Source: Prochlorococcus marinus str. NATL2A (GTDB lineage Bacteria > Cyanobacteriota > Cyanobacteriia > PCC-6307 > Cyanobiaceae). Taken from it: a stretch of DNA of 32,000 bases. This document shows, one piece after another, positions 8,212-15,565 of the stretch (position 1 is its first letter; every line of letters begins with the position of its first letter). The DNA lies in NCBI RefSeq assembly GCF_000012465.1, contig NC_007335.2, positions 1,440,001 to 1,472,000 on the forward strand, read 5' to 3'. A program made the position numbers and the translations under genes. Below the pieces are notes generated by a model. It was not told the DNA's origin. It saw only the letters and a list, made by a program, of their open reading frames with translations, and made no database searches.

Positions 8212-8273
8212 CATTGCAATATCGCTAAGAACCCATGGCATTAAAGGAAATCAACTACTGGCTAATGAAAAGT
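8212..8273 (+). repeat. diverged partial copy (A) of the EVE-gene promoter-proximal region plus first 13 codons
   Basis: ATGGCATTAAAGGAAATCAACTACTGGCTAATGAAAAGT (MALKEINYWLMKS, then TAA) versus ATGGCACCAAAAGAGATTAACTATTGGCTAATGAAGAGT at 15091 (MAPKEINYWLMKS). By my count 32 of 39 nt are identical, and the differences are mostly third-position. The upstream CATTGCA..TCGCT..CCC also aligns. Confidence 0.7.
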
Positions 8274-8316
8274 TAAACTTGTTTGACTGACTGATATTTG
8301 ACCGAATTGCTATTAT

Positions 8317-8355
8317 TTATCCAAACTTTATCCAAACTTTCTAGATCCTCCCATG
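8317..8355 (+). repeat. diverged partial copy (B) of the region upstream of the EVE gene
   Basis: TTATCCAAACTTTATCCAAACTTT...TCCCATG versus TTATTCAAACTTTATTCAAACATT...ATCCCATG at 15048-15093. Confidence 0.55.
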
Positions 8356-8365
8356 CCAGTAATGA

Positions 8366-8719
8366 GGGATAAAGCGAAGGTTCTTAACGGGAGAGGGACA
8401 GAGAACTGATTACAAAGCGATAGAAAAAGCTCTTGCTCCATCATTCGTACATAGCTATGACGCAGGCGTCCTTAAGTCATCTTTCCAGGATTGGCATCAA
8501 CCAATCGCTCTAATTCACGATTGATTGAAGGTTCTTCCTAACCATATGGACAAAGCAAAACAAAGGGTCAAACATGGATTTGTTCAGGTTTACAGAGGCA
8601 ATCCATTGGCTCGCTTAGCTGATGAGATGGAAGTATCATCGGAGCAATTACCACGTCTCACGCAGGGTTCTGGAGACCTCTCAGCCGTGCTTGAATCGTC
8701 TTCGTATATGTTTAATTAG
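8366..8719 (+). pseudogene. C-terminal fragment (about 117 codons) of a T7-type single-subunit RNA polymerase
   Basis: The translation is ...KAIEKALAPSFVHSYDAGVLKSSFQDWHQPIALIHD*LKVLPNHMDKAKQRVKHGFVQVY...GDLSAVLESSSYMFN. It aligns with my recollection of T7 RNAP: GIAPNFVHSQDGSHLR...FALIHDSFGTIPADAANLFKAVRETMVDTY...LRDILESDFAFA. There is an in-frame TGA at 8522-8524, and the N-terminal 85 percent of the gene is absent. G+C is visibly higher than the flanks. Confidence 0.75.
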
Positions 8720-8961
8720 AAGCTACTCTCATTGACTTGTCCTTTCTTAATCATCAATAAAGAGATTAGTTCTAAATATTTTTCTGTGATTTAATTTGAT
8801 CATTTTTATATAACTATTTATTCGCCTTTTGAAGCCTAGAACTTATACATATATGCGAAGGCATTGGGATACTTCTCTTCAAATTTTACCCGTTTTTGTA
8901 TGTTAATGTTAGGAAGCGATGTCTTTATATCTATTGGTTTTAGTTGGAATTTGAGAAGAGA

Positions 8962-9375
8962 TTACGACTTAGATAAATAGTTATTATATGATTTTTCTTC
9001 AACCAGATCTGAATTATACTTCTGATTGATTTCTTTTTTTATAGAAGCTCTCTTATCATTTTCTTTGTAAACTGATCTAGCGAGTTGAATAAATTCTTTA
9101 TCAAATTCTTGATTGCTCTCTTTTATCCTAATATTATCTTCTATTTCCCAAAGGTTATTGTTTATTTCTTTGAGATTATTAATTAAATCGATCTCAATTT
9201 CTAGATTTACATCTTGAACTATTTTTCTTAGTAGTTTTAGCTCTTTATCTATATTTTTTAGCTTTTTTCCAGTCATATGTATTTGTTTAATTTCTAGAAT
9301 CGTGATTTTATCAATTAGTTCTCCTAGAGAGACTGGAGCAAGGATAGAAGATAAGTGTTTAATCTTTGAACTCAT
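8962..9375 (-). CDS. small coiled-coil protein of unknown function, third gene of the GT operon
   Basis: 137 aa. Its ATG overlaps the methyltransferase stop (ATGA at 9375-9372). The pattern ELIDKITILEIK...NLWEIEDNIR...FIQLARSVYKENDKRASIKKEIN resembles a conserved DUF often found next to glycosyltransferases. I cannot confirm the family. Confidence 0.75.
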   Translation of the reverse strand: MSSKIKHLSSILAPVSLGELIDKITILEIKQIHMTGKKLKNIDKELKLLRKIVQDVNLEIEIDLINNLKEINNNLWEIEDNIRIKESNQEFDKEFIQLARSVYKENDKRASIKKEINQKYNSDLVEEKSYNNYLSKS

Positions 9376-9962
9376 ACTTTTCCTCCTGCTTCTTCATTAC
9401 TATTTTTAATTACTTCAAGTGACATGTCATATTGTTCAATTAAATTATTATAAATATTAGACTCTTGCTGGAGTAATCTAACATCAACATTTTTATCTGG
9501 ATGTATTCTAAACCAGTCTTCACTTGGCTTTATAACTGTTTGCTTAAGTTCAAAATTGATATCTAGATATAATCCAAGTGGACTATTAGCGGCTCCTTGC
9601 TCTACCCATAGCTTGTTTAGTCTTTGAGAAAATAATTGTAAACCTAGAGGGGTAACAACTCTCACATGAGTTGGATCATCATAGAAGAATTCATGTCTAA
9701 AATGAGGTACAATTATTTTAATTTTTGCTCCATGATTACATATTCGGTACATCTCTTTAAATATTCCAAAGTATATTTCCACGTCTTTACCTAGGTGTTC
9801 AAGAACATGTATTAATACAATTTCTGAAACTGAATTTGTCTCCCAAGGCCAAGGGAAAGATTCTAAGTCATGTTTTATATCTGGGCTCCCATATTTATCT
9901 ACATTAATATAACCTGGAAATCTTTTTTCACCGCATCCAAGATTTAATTTAAGCCCATTCAT
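9372..9962 (-). CDS. class I SAM-dependent methyltransferase
   Basis: LNLGCGEKRFPGYINVD (motif I) ... VSEIVLIHVLEHLG (motif II/III region). 196 aa. Confidence 0.85.
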   Translation of the reverse strand: MNGLKLNLGCGEKRFPGYINVDKYGSPDIKHDLESFPWPWETNSVSEIVLIHVLEHLGKDVEIYFGIFKEMYRICNHGAKIKIIVPHFRHEFFYDDPTHVRVVTPLGLQLFSQRLNKLWVEQGAANSPLGLYLDINFELKQTVIKPSEDWFRIHPDKNVDVRLLQQESNIYNNLIEQYDMSLEVIKNSNEEAGGKV

Positions 9963-10019
9963 TTGGTAAATTCTTCATGACATATTTTTTCATGATAAGC
10001 CTCTATTGATTTTTTGCTT

Positions 10020-11933
10020 TTATATTTGTTCTTCTAATTTCTTTTTTAGTTTACTTGATACTCTTTCCATAACCTCTTGCCAATTATGTCGCTCTTTTTG
10101 ACGAAATAATCTCATCGATGGGTACCAAAATGTATTCTCCCTTTCAAGTCCCCACCTCCATTCAGGAATATGTTGAAGGAGTAACCAGGTTGATTTGCCT
10201 AATCCTCCAGCTAGGTGAGCAATTGAAGTGTCAGAAGTAATAATTAAATCACAGTTTTCAATTATGGCAGCATTTTCAAGAAAATCCCAAGTCTCATCAA
10301 TTTGAGCTTGGCCGTTAACAAACTTATTTCTGAAAGAGCATTTTTCAAGTTGCTCTGAACCAAAACCTTTTTGTAGTGAAAGAAATTTAAAGTTATTGTT
10401 CCTAGCAAGAGTGGCAAAGGTTTCTAAAGCTAGTGAGCGACCTTTTAGTTCTTCCTTTTCGACATTTGGATTCCCTTGCCAGTTAATACCAATGATTGGT
10501 CTTTTTTCTTCAGAGAGTATATCCCTCCACTTCTTCGTTAGTTCATCTGTTGAAAAGATATATGGTTTGGAAATGATTGGATTTTTTTGACGTACTTGTA
10601 GATATCTAGGTAAAGATAATAGTGGTATCCATTTACCGTCTGAAATTGTCTCAGCTTGTTCTGGAGTTAATGGATTTTGATCAATCCCTGAGGCTTGGAT
10701 CAATGAATGTAGTTTTGTTTGAGCACAAAAAGAAATATTGAGTCCTTGATTTCTAAGGTAAGGAATATATCTCATATATTGAAGGGTATCTCCTAAACCT
10801 TGCTCAGTGACGACTAATAGCTTTTCTCCTTTTTGTAATTTTTTGTGCTCGATTCGTTTGAGTTTTGTAATACATTGAGTAATAGTAGGCTTCTTTTTTT
10901 TGAATCTAAATTCATAGTTTTCTAAACCATTTATATAGTCACCTTGAAGTAGTTCAACTAATGAAAGATTCCAAAATGCTTCTGCGTAATCAGGTTTAAT
11001 TTCAATCGCTTTGCGATATGACATTTCTGCTTCTTGTAAGTTTCCAAGTTCTCTCAATAAGTTTCCCAGATTGGAATGAGCCTCTGCGTAATCAGGTTTA
11101 ATTTCAATCGCTTTGCGATATGACATTTCTGCTTCTTGTAAATTTCCAAGTTCTTTCAATAAGTTTCCCAGATTGTAATGAGCCTCTGCGAAAGTAGGAT
11201 TGAGTTCAATCGCTTTGCGATATGACATTTCTGCTTCTTGTAAGTTTCCAAGTTCTCTCAATAAGTTTCCCAGATTGGAATGAGCCTTTGCGTAATCAGG
11301 TTTGATTCCAATTGCTTTGAGGTATGACAATTCTGCTTCTTTTAACTTGCCATTATCTTTCAACAAGTTTCCCAGATTGTAATGAGCCTTTGCGTAATCA
11401 GGTTTGATTTCAATTGCTTTGCGGTATGAGATTTCTGCTTCTTTTAACTTGCCAAGATCTTTTAATATATTTCCCAAATTATAATATGCTTCTGCGTAAT
11501 TAGGTTTGATTTCAATTGCTTTACGTAATGAGATTTCTGCTTCTTTTAACTTGTCAAGATCTCTTAATATATTTCCTAGATTGGAATGCATCTCTGCGAA
11601 ATCAGGTTTGATTTCAATTGCTTTTTGAGTAGATAATTCTGCTTCTTTTAATTTCCCAAGACTTTTTAAAATTATTCCATAATTAGAAAAAATTCTGTGA
11701 TCATTAAAACCTTGATTGATTAAATATTGATAATATTTTGCTGCTTCTGAAATGTTTCCTTGTGAATGAAACTTAAATGCTTGATTAATGATTTCTTCTT
11801 TAGAAGGTTTAGAAGGAGTGTTAGTGAAAATAGAAATATTCTCTTTTATTTCTTCTAAAGCAAATGAAACGGGGAATGTTTTTATATCAGTGAATTGATT
11901 CTTTCTTTGTTCTTGTTTATCTGATTTTTCCAT
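10020..11933 (-). CDS. TPR-repeat protein fused to a GT9-like (heptosyltransferase-fold) glycosyltransferase domain
   Basis: About 10 consecutive 34-aa TPR units (A..Y.KAIEIKPDYAEA..NLGN) occupy aa 55-330. The C-terminal part has LLVVTEQGLGDTLQYMRYIPYL and LIITSDTSIAHLAGGLGKSTWLLL, typical of GT9 family members. Confidence 0.9.
   Translation of the reverse strand: MEKSDKQEQRKNQFTDIKTFPVSFALEEIKENISIFTNTPSKPSKEEIINQAFKFHSQGNISEAAKYYQYLINQGFNDHRIFSNYGIILKSLGKLKEAELSTQKAIEIKPDFAEMHSNLGNILRDLDKLKEAEISLRKAIEIKPNYAEAYYNLGNILKDLGKLKEAEISYRKAIEIKPDYAKAHYNLGNLLKDNGKLKEAELSYLKAIGIKPDYAKAHSNLGNLLRELGNLQEAEMSYRKAIELNPTFAEAHYNLGNLLKELGNLQEAEMSYRKAIEIKPDYAEAHSNLGNLLRELGNLQEAEMSYRKAIEIKPDYAEAFWNLSLVELLQGDYINGLENYEFRFKKKKPTITQCITKLKRIEHKKLQKGEKLLVVTEQGLGDTLQYMRYIPYLRNQGLNISFCAQTKLHSLIQASGIDQNPLTPEQAETISDGKWIPLLSLPRYLQVRQKNPIISKPYIFSTDELTKKWRDILSEEKRPIIGINWQGNPNVEKEELKGRSLALETFATLARNNNFKFLSLQKGFGSEQLEKCSFRNKFVNGQAQIDETWDFLENAAIIENCDLIITSDTSIAHLAGGLGKSTWLLLQHIPEWRWGLERENTFWYPSMRLFRQKERHNWQEVMERVSSKLKKKLEEQI
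10982..11695. repeat. in-phase tandem 102-bp repeats (TPR units), three of them near-identical
   Basis: Units start at 10982, 11084, 11186, 11288, 11390, 11492 and 11594. Units 1 and 2 differ at 3 of 102 positions by my count. Unit 3 matches unit 1 over its last 80 nt. Confidence 0.9.
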
Positions 11934-12233
11934 AAATTTTATTCCTATAAAAGAAACAGTAAAAAACGTACGTAGTTATTTCCTTTCTAAGTGATCAAGA
12001 TCTATTAAAGATTTTTTCTTAAAGGTTTGCGACTACAACGCCTCAAATACTGCTTTAGCTATTGATTCATAACTCGCCATTATTATAGAGAAGGAAGCAT
12101 TTACACTTTCTCACTCGATTGGCATCGTGAATAAAGAAAATAGAAACTAGATATCGCAGCTGAAGCTTCAGTTGATAAGTTGGAGTTCAAATTATTTAAA
12201 ATCAATGACCAAATAACTTCCTCACTTGAATCT

Positions 12234-12461
12234 TCATGAGTTGTGAACTGCATTTTCAGTTGAATCTTTTGTGATTTGGACCTTGCCTGTCTCTAAGATA
12301 TCAGTTCCAGGAATGCCTTTAGCTACTGATCCAATCAAAGTCGTATGAGCTTCTGGATCTTTCTTTAAAGTTGTGACGCCAAGATCATTTTTTGAAATTA
12401 ATATGAAAATAATTATCCCAATAAATGTCAAGATAATTGCTAGAGCTAATGAGGATTCCAT
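12234..12461 (-). CDS. small N-terminally anchored membrane protein, hypothetical
   Basis: 75 aa, ATG start, one N-terminal TM helix. A 9-bp inverted repeat (12157-12174) lies downstream. Confidence 0.45.
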   Translation of the reverse strand: MESSLALAIILTFIGIIIFILISKNDLGVTTLKKDPEAHTTLIGSVAKGIPGTDILETGKVQITKDSTENAVHNS

Positions 12462-12689
12462 AAGCAGTTTTTTTTAGTCTTATTAAATTAAGATAAAAGT
12501 TAAAATCTATATACAAAAAGGAACTAACTAGGATCACTATTTATTCAAAGAACTTTGTAAATTTTTACTATTTTGAAGTAAAAAAATTACATGGAGGTTT
12601 GAAGTATAAAAGGAACTTCCATCTCGTAAAATAAATCGACATGCAAAACAATAATTAATAGATAATTTACAAACATTCAACTCCAATAA

Positions 12690-12974
12690 ATGCCTGAAGA
12701 TACTTTAAATGCAAGCAACCCTGAGACAGAAAATCATCATTGGTTTCCCTTCCTAAGATTTAAGAAAGAATGCGAAGCGGCAGGTAAGGAAGTCAGTGTG
12801 AATGAATGGATGAGAGAAACAGGAAAACTAAAGGAAAAGATAGCTCATGAAGAATCAGTTGCATTAGCAGCAAAAATAGCTTCTGAAAAAGAAGCAGATG
12901 CAACACAAGAAATCGAAAAAGAAGCTCTAAAGAAAAAGAAAGAAATAGAAAGTGAGCTCAATACAAAACCATAA
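12690..12974 (+). CDS. hypothetical K/E-rich protein
   Basis: 94 aa, ATG start, charged helical C-terminal half, no motif recognised. Confidence 0.4.
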   Translation: MPEDTLNASNPETENHHWFPFLRFKKECEAAGKEVSVNEWMRETGKLKEKIAHEESVALAAKIASEKEADATQEIEKEALKKKKEIESELNTKP

Positions 12975-13008
12975 ATCAGAATAATGACAACTAAATCAAA
13001 AAGTAGAG

Positions 13009-13157
13009 AATAATTACTACAACCTTGTTTGTCCAATGAGAAGTGCATGGGATCTTAATAAATTATTGCCTCTTCAAAACTTTATGTAATTGATAATGCA
13101 GGACACTCAATGAAAGAGATTGGGATGCCTAAAAAATTAATTGATTTGACGAATTAG
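13009..13157 (+). pseudogene. C-terminal remnant of a proline iminopeptidase-type alpha/beta hydrolase, with 1-nt frameshift
   Basis: Frame 1 gives NNYYNLVCPMRSAWDLNKLLPLQN. A shift at about 13081-13082 leads to frame 3, YVIDNAGHSMKEIGMPKKLIDLTN*. This matches the PIP C-terminus pattern GRYDxxCPxxxAWDLxKxxPxAxLxIVxxAGHSxxEPGIxxxLxxATDxF, including the catalytic His. Confidence 0.6.
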
Positions 13158-13275
13158 CTAGCTAATTCCTCTTCTAATCTCTAATTTTCTGTAGCTGTTA
13201 TTTGATCTAAATAATATTTATTAAATTCTACAATCATTAGCATTTCAAGGATATTTTTTAATTCCCATCATTAAT

Positions 13276-13500
13276 TTAATCTTGCTTGTTCTTTTGATTC
13301 ATATCGCTAAAAGCTTTTACTGGGAACTTTTTACCCTGTCTCCATATGGCTGTTATTATTAAAGCTATGAAGGCAATGATGGGTATAAATCTCAGGATTT
13401 CCATCGTGGAAGGTTCGACAACTAAAGCTTTAAAAGGATCACTAAGAGATACTGGAACGACTTCGTATGAATTTACTAGTTCATTTAGATCTACTTGCAT
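13276..13500 (-). CDS. small single-TM protein, hypothetical
   Basis: 74 aa, ATG start, TM helix ILRFIPIIAFIALIITAIW. Confidence 0.45.
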   Translation of the reverse strand: MQVDLNELVNSYEVVPVSLSDPFKALVVEPSTMEILRFIPIIAFIALIITAIWRQGKKFPVKAFSDMNQKNKQD

Positions 13501-13700
13501 TTTCCTAGAAAGTTATTTTTAACTCTATAGATAAATCTGCATATTTTCTTATGACTCATTCGTTTGTGATCCGTATGTATAAAATTTACCTATAAAAGTA
13601 AATAACGTTAATCCTTTTGGTGATCTAAGTTGATTCTCTTTACAAGAAAAAAATTAAACAGAATATAGTTAAAAATAAAACTACTTCGACTTCTAATCCA

Positions 13701-13814
13701 ATGTTTTTTGCATTATCGTCTTCTCAACTAGGAGTGAGTTCGTTGACTATCAATCTAATACTCATTACTTCAGTAATAGTTCTATTAGCATTGCCTACTT
13801 TATTTCTTCTTTGA
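13701..13814 (+). CDS. 37-aa hydrophobic peptide (below ORF-track cutoff)
   Basis: My own translation: MFFALSSSQLGVSSLTINLILITSVIVLLALPTLFLL. Confidence 0.25.
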   Translation: MFFALSSSQLGVSSLTINLILITSVIVLLALPTLFLL

Positions 13815-13857
13815 TCAGGCAAAGGCAAATCAGCATTTTAAAATGCCCGAAAACTAT

Positions 13858-14217
13858 TCAAGAAGGATGAAACTTTTTATATAATTGATTTTCTGATAAT
13901 TCAATCCCAAAACATACAATATTATCAAAGTCGCCATTCTTATGCATAATTGTCATGTTATCTTTAATTTCTTGGCTATCAAATATTAATCCAAATTCAC
14001 TACAATATTTAAACAATATATTCATCGCAGCCTCATGATTAGTAAGGAATTCCTCGCAAAGGTCTGACAATTTTTCCTTATTTAAACTATTTATCATTTT
14101 TTGAAAATCATTAAAATTGCTCATTTGATCTTCTAGAAGTCGAAGTAAACTATTCATAACTTTTTTATATATTCTCGTCATGACAAATATTGCTATTGCA
14201 AGTAATAAAATACTCAT
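13858..14217 (-). CDS. N-terminally anchored hypothetical protein
   Basis: 119 aa, ATG start, N-terminal TM helix then a helical soluble domain. Confidence 0.5.
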   Translation of the reverse strand: MSILLLAIAIFVMTRIYKKVMNSLLRLLEDQMSNFNDFQKMINSLNKEKLSDLCEEFLTNHEAAMNILFKYCSEFGLIFDSQEIKDNMTIMHKNGDFDNIVCFGIELSENQLYKKFHPS

Positions 14218-14446
14218 CAGAGTGTAACTTTATCAAGAACCTAGTCACCAATACAACTCTCATCTATGGCTTGAATCCAAAGTCAAGCTAAAAAACTTTT
14301 TATTTATACAGAGTATTAAAAGAAATGAATTCATGTTTTTCTAGCAAGTATCAATTAAGACTAAGTTGTGTATATATTAATAGTATGTATTTCTAGGAAA
14401 AGAAAGTAAAATTTATTAATAATAAAATTAAACATTAACTATCAAT

Positions 14447-14575
14447 ATGAATAAAGATCTAAGTCAAATGACAATTGAAAATGATGTTACCCAAGCTAAT
14501 TATTCAACACTATTCAAAGGGATTTGGACAGGTATTTTAATCTCCTTAATAGTGCATCAGTTTATCAATCATTAA
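14447..14575 (+). CDS. 42-aa peptide with C-terminal TM helix (below ORF-track cutoff)
   Basis: My own translation: MNKDLSQMTIENDVTQANYSTLFKGIWTGILISLIVHQFINH. Confidence 0.25.
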   Translation: MNKDLSQMTIENDVTQANYSTLFKGIWTGILISLIVHQFINH

Positions 14576-14610
14576 ATCCTTTAATTCTATTATGCGATAT
14601 ATATCAGAAT

Positions 14611-14886
14611 TTAATCACCAAATCGATAATGCTTACGAACAGCCTTATGAACATCCCATCTACAGTCCATTCCTGCTGGGAAGACAACTAAGTCACCTGC
14701 GCCAAACTTCACAGGTTCTCCTCCATCAGGAGTCACAGTCACTTCGCCCGCAAGTAATAAGCAAGTCTCTTGATCTTCATAAGTCCAGTTAAAAGAACTT
14801 ACATCACAAGTCCATATCGGCCAATTTTTGGTTACTAATTCCTGAATCGTAGTTTCAGTACAAGGAGAAGTAACTAATATCGACAC
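14611..14886 (-). CDS. cupin domain protein (DUF861 / cupin_3 type)
   Basis: WPIWTCDVSSFNWTYEDQETCLLLAGEVTVTPDGGEPVKFGAGDLVVFPAGMDCRWDVHKAVRKHY matches the cupin_3 pattern. GTG start at 14886. Confidence 0.85.
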   Translation of the reverse strand: MSILVTSPCTETTIQELVTKNWPIWTCDVSSFNWTYEDQETCLLLAGEVTVTPDGGEPVKFGAGDLVVFPAGMDCRWDVHKAVRKHYRFGD

Positions 14887-15047
14887 GGAATAGTAGACAT
14901 AGAGACTTCTTTATAGCTGATTATGAAAGCAGTTGTATTTGCTTCTTCAATTTTCGACAGAATTCTTTGAAGTCGAATTGCAAACAGGGCTAGAACATAA
15001 TCTCCCCATAGGGGATAATGTTTAGAGCTAATCAAAAAGATCAAAAG

Positions 15048-15129
15048 TTATTCAAACTTTATTCAAACATTGCATCTTCGCTGACATCCCATGGCACCAA
15101 AAGAGATTAACTATTGGCTAATGAAGAGT
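15048..15129 (+). repeat. intact counterpart of repeats A and B (EVE gene upstream region plus first 13 codons)
   Basis: See features 8212..8273 and 8317..8355. Includes the 11-nt-periodic direct repeat TTATTCAAACT / TTATTCAAACA. Confidence 0.7.
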
Positions 15130-15564
15130 GAGCCAGATGCTTACAGTATTAAAGATTTAGAAAAAGAAGAAGAAACTCTCTGGGATGGAATTCGAAATTA
15201 TCAGGCTAGAAACTTTATGAGGTCAATGGAAATTGGTGATCAAGCTTTTTTTTATCATTCGAATACTAAACCACCTGGAATAGTTGGTCTGATGGAAATT
15301 ATTGAAAAAAACTTAATCGACCCTTTTCAGTTTGATGAAAGCTCAAAGTATTTTGACAAAAAATCAAAAAGAGATAACCCTCGTTGGGATTGCGTGAAAA
15401 CTAAATATATCTGTGAATTTAAAAGTATGATTACTTTAAAGGACCTATCTGAAACTTATACGTCTGAAGAACTCACTCTAGTTCGTAAAGGGAACAGGCT
15501 ATCAATTATGCCAATTAATAAAGATATCGCTTTAGAGCTTCTCAAAAAGCTCAAGAAAAATTAA
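15091..15564 (+). CDS. EVE domain (PUA-like) protein
   Basis: YWLMKSEPDAYSIKDLEKEEETLWDGIRNYQARNFMRSMEIGDQAFFYHSN is the typical EVE/DUF55 N-terminus. 157 aa. Confidence 0.9.
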   Translation: MAPKEINYWLMKSEPDAYSIKDLEKEEETLWDGIRNYQARNFMRSMEIGDQAFFYHSNTKPPGIVGLMEIIEKNLIDPFQFDESSKYFDKKSKRDNPRWDCVKTKYICEFKSMITLKDLSETYTSEELTLVRKGNRLSIMPINKDIALELLKKLKKN

Positions 15565-15565
15565 T

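Larger units (their letters stand above)
8274..15047. mobile_element. putative decayed integrated islet between att-like repeats (no integrase left)
   Basis: Bounded by copies A and B on the left and the intact EVE 5' region on the right. Contains foreign gene fragments (ssRNAP, pip) and accessory cargo. Confidence 0.4.

Noticed and set aside
8525-8719. 64-aa ORF from the track as an independent gene
   Set aside because: It starts at TTG immediately after an in-frame TGA. It is simply the last part of the RNAP C-terminal fragment, since homology continues upstream across the stop.
10982-11695. Tandem repeats considered as a CRISPR or minisatellite array
   Set aside because: The period is 102 bp with no unique spacers. 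The repeats are in phase with a continuous reading frame and encode canonical TPR units.
12845-13048. 67-aa minus-strand ORF
   Set aside because: It is antisense to the 3' end of the 12690..12974 ORF and to the pip remnant. The product is a low-complexity F/S-rich translation typical of the reverse strand of K/E-rich coding sequence.
14592-14792. 66-aa plus-strand ORF
   Set aside because: It lies entirely antisense within the well-supported cupin gene 14611..14886.
8274-15047. Search for integrase, transposase or excisionase genes or fragments inside the att-bounded segment
   Set aside because: None of the ORFs or intergenic translations I examined shows tyrosine- or serine-recombinase or DDE motifs. 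The mobile-element call therefore rests only on the repeats and cargo, and is kept at low confidence.
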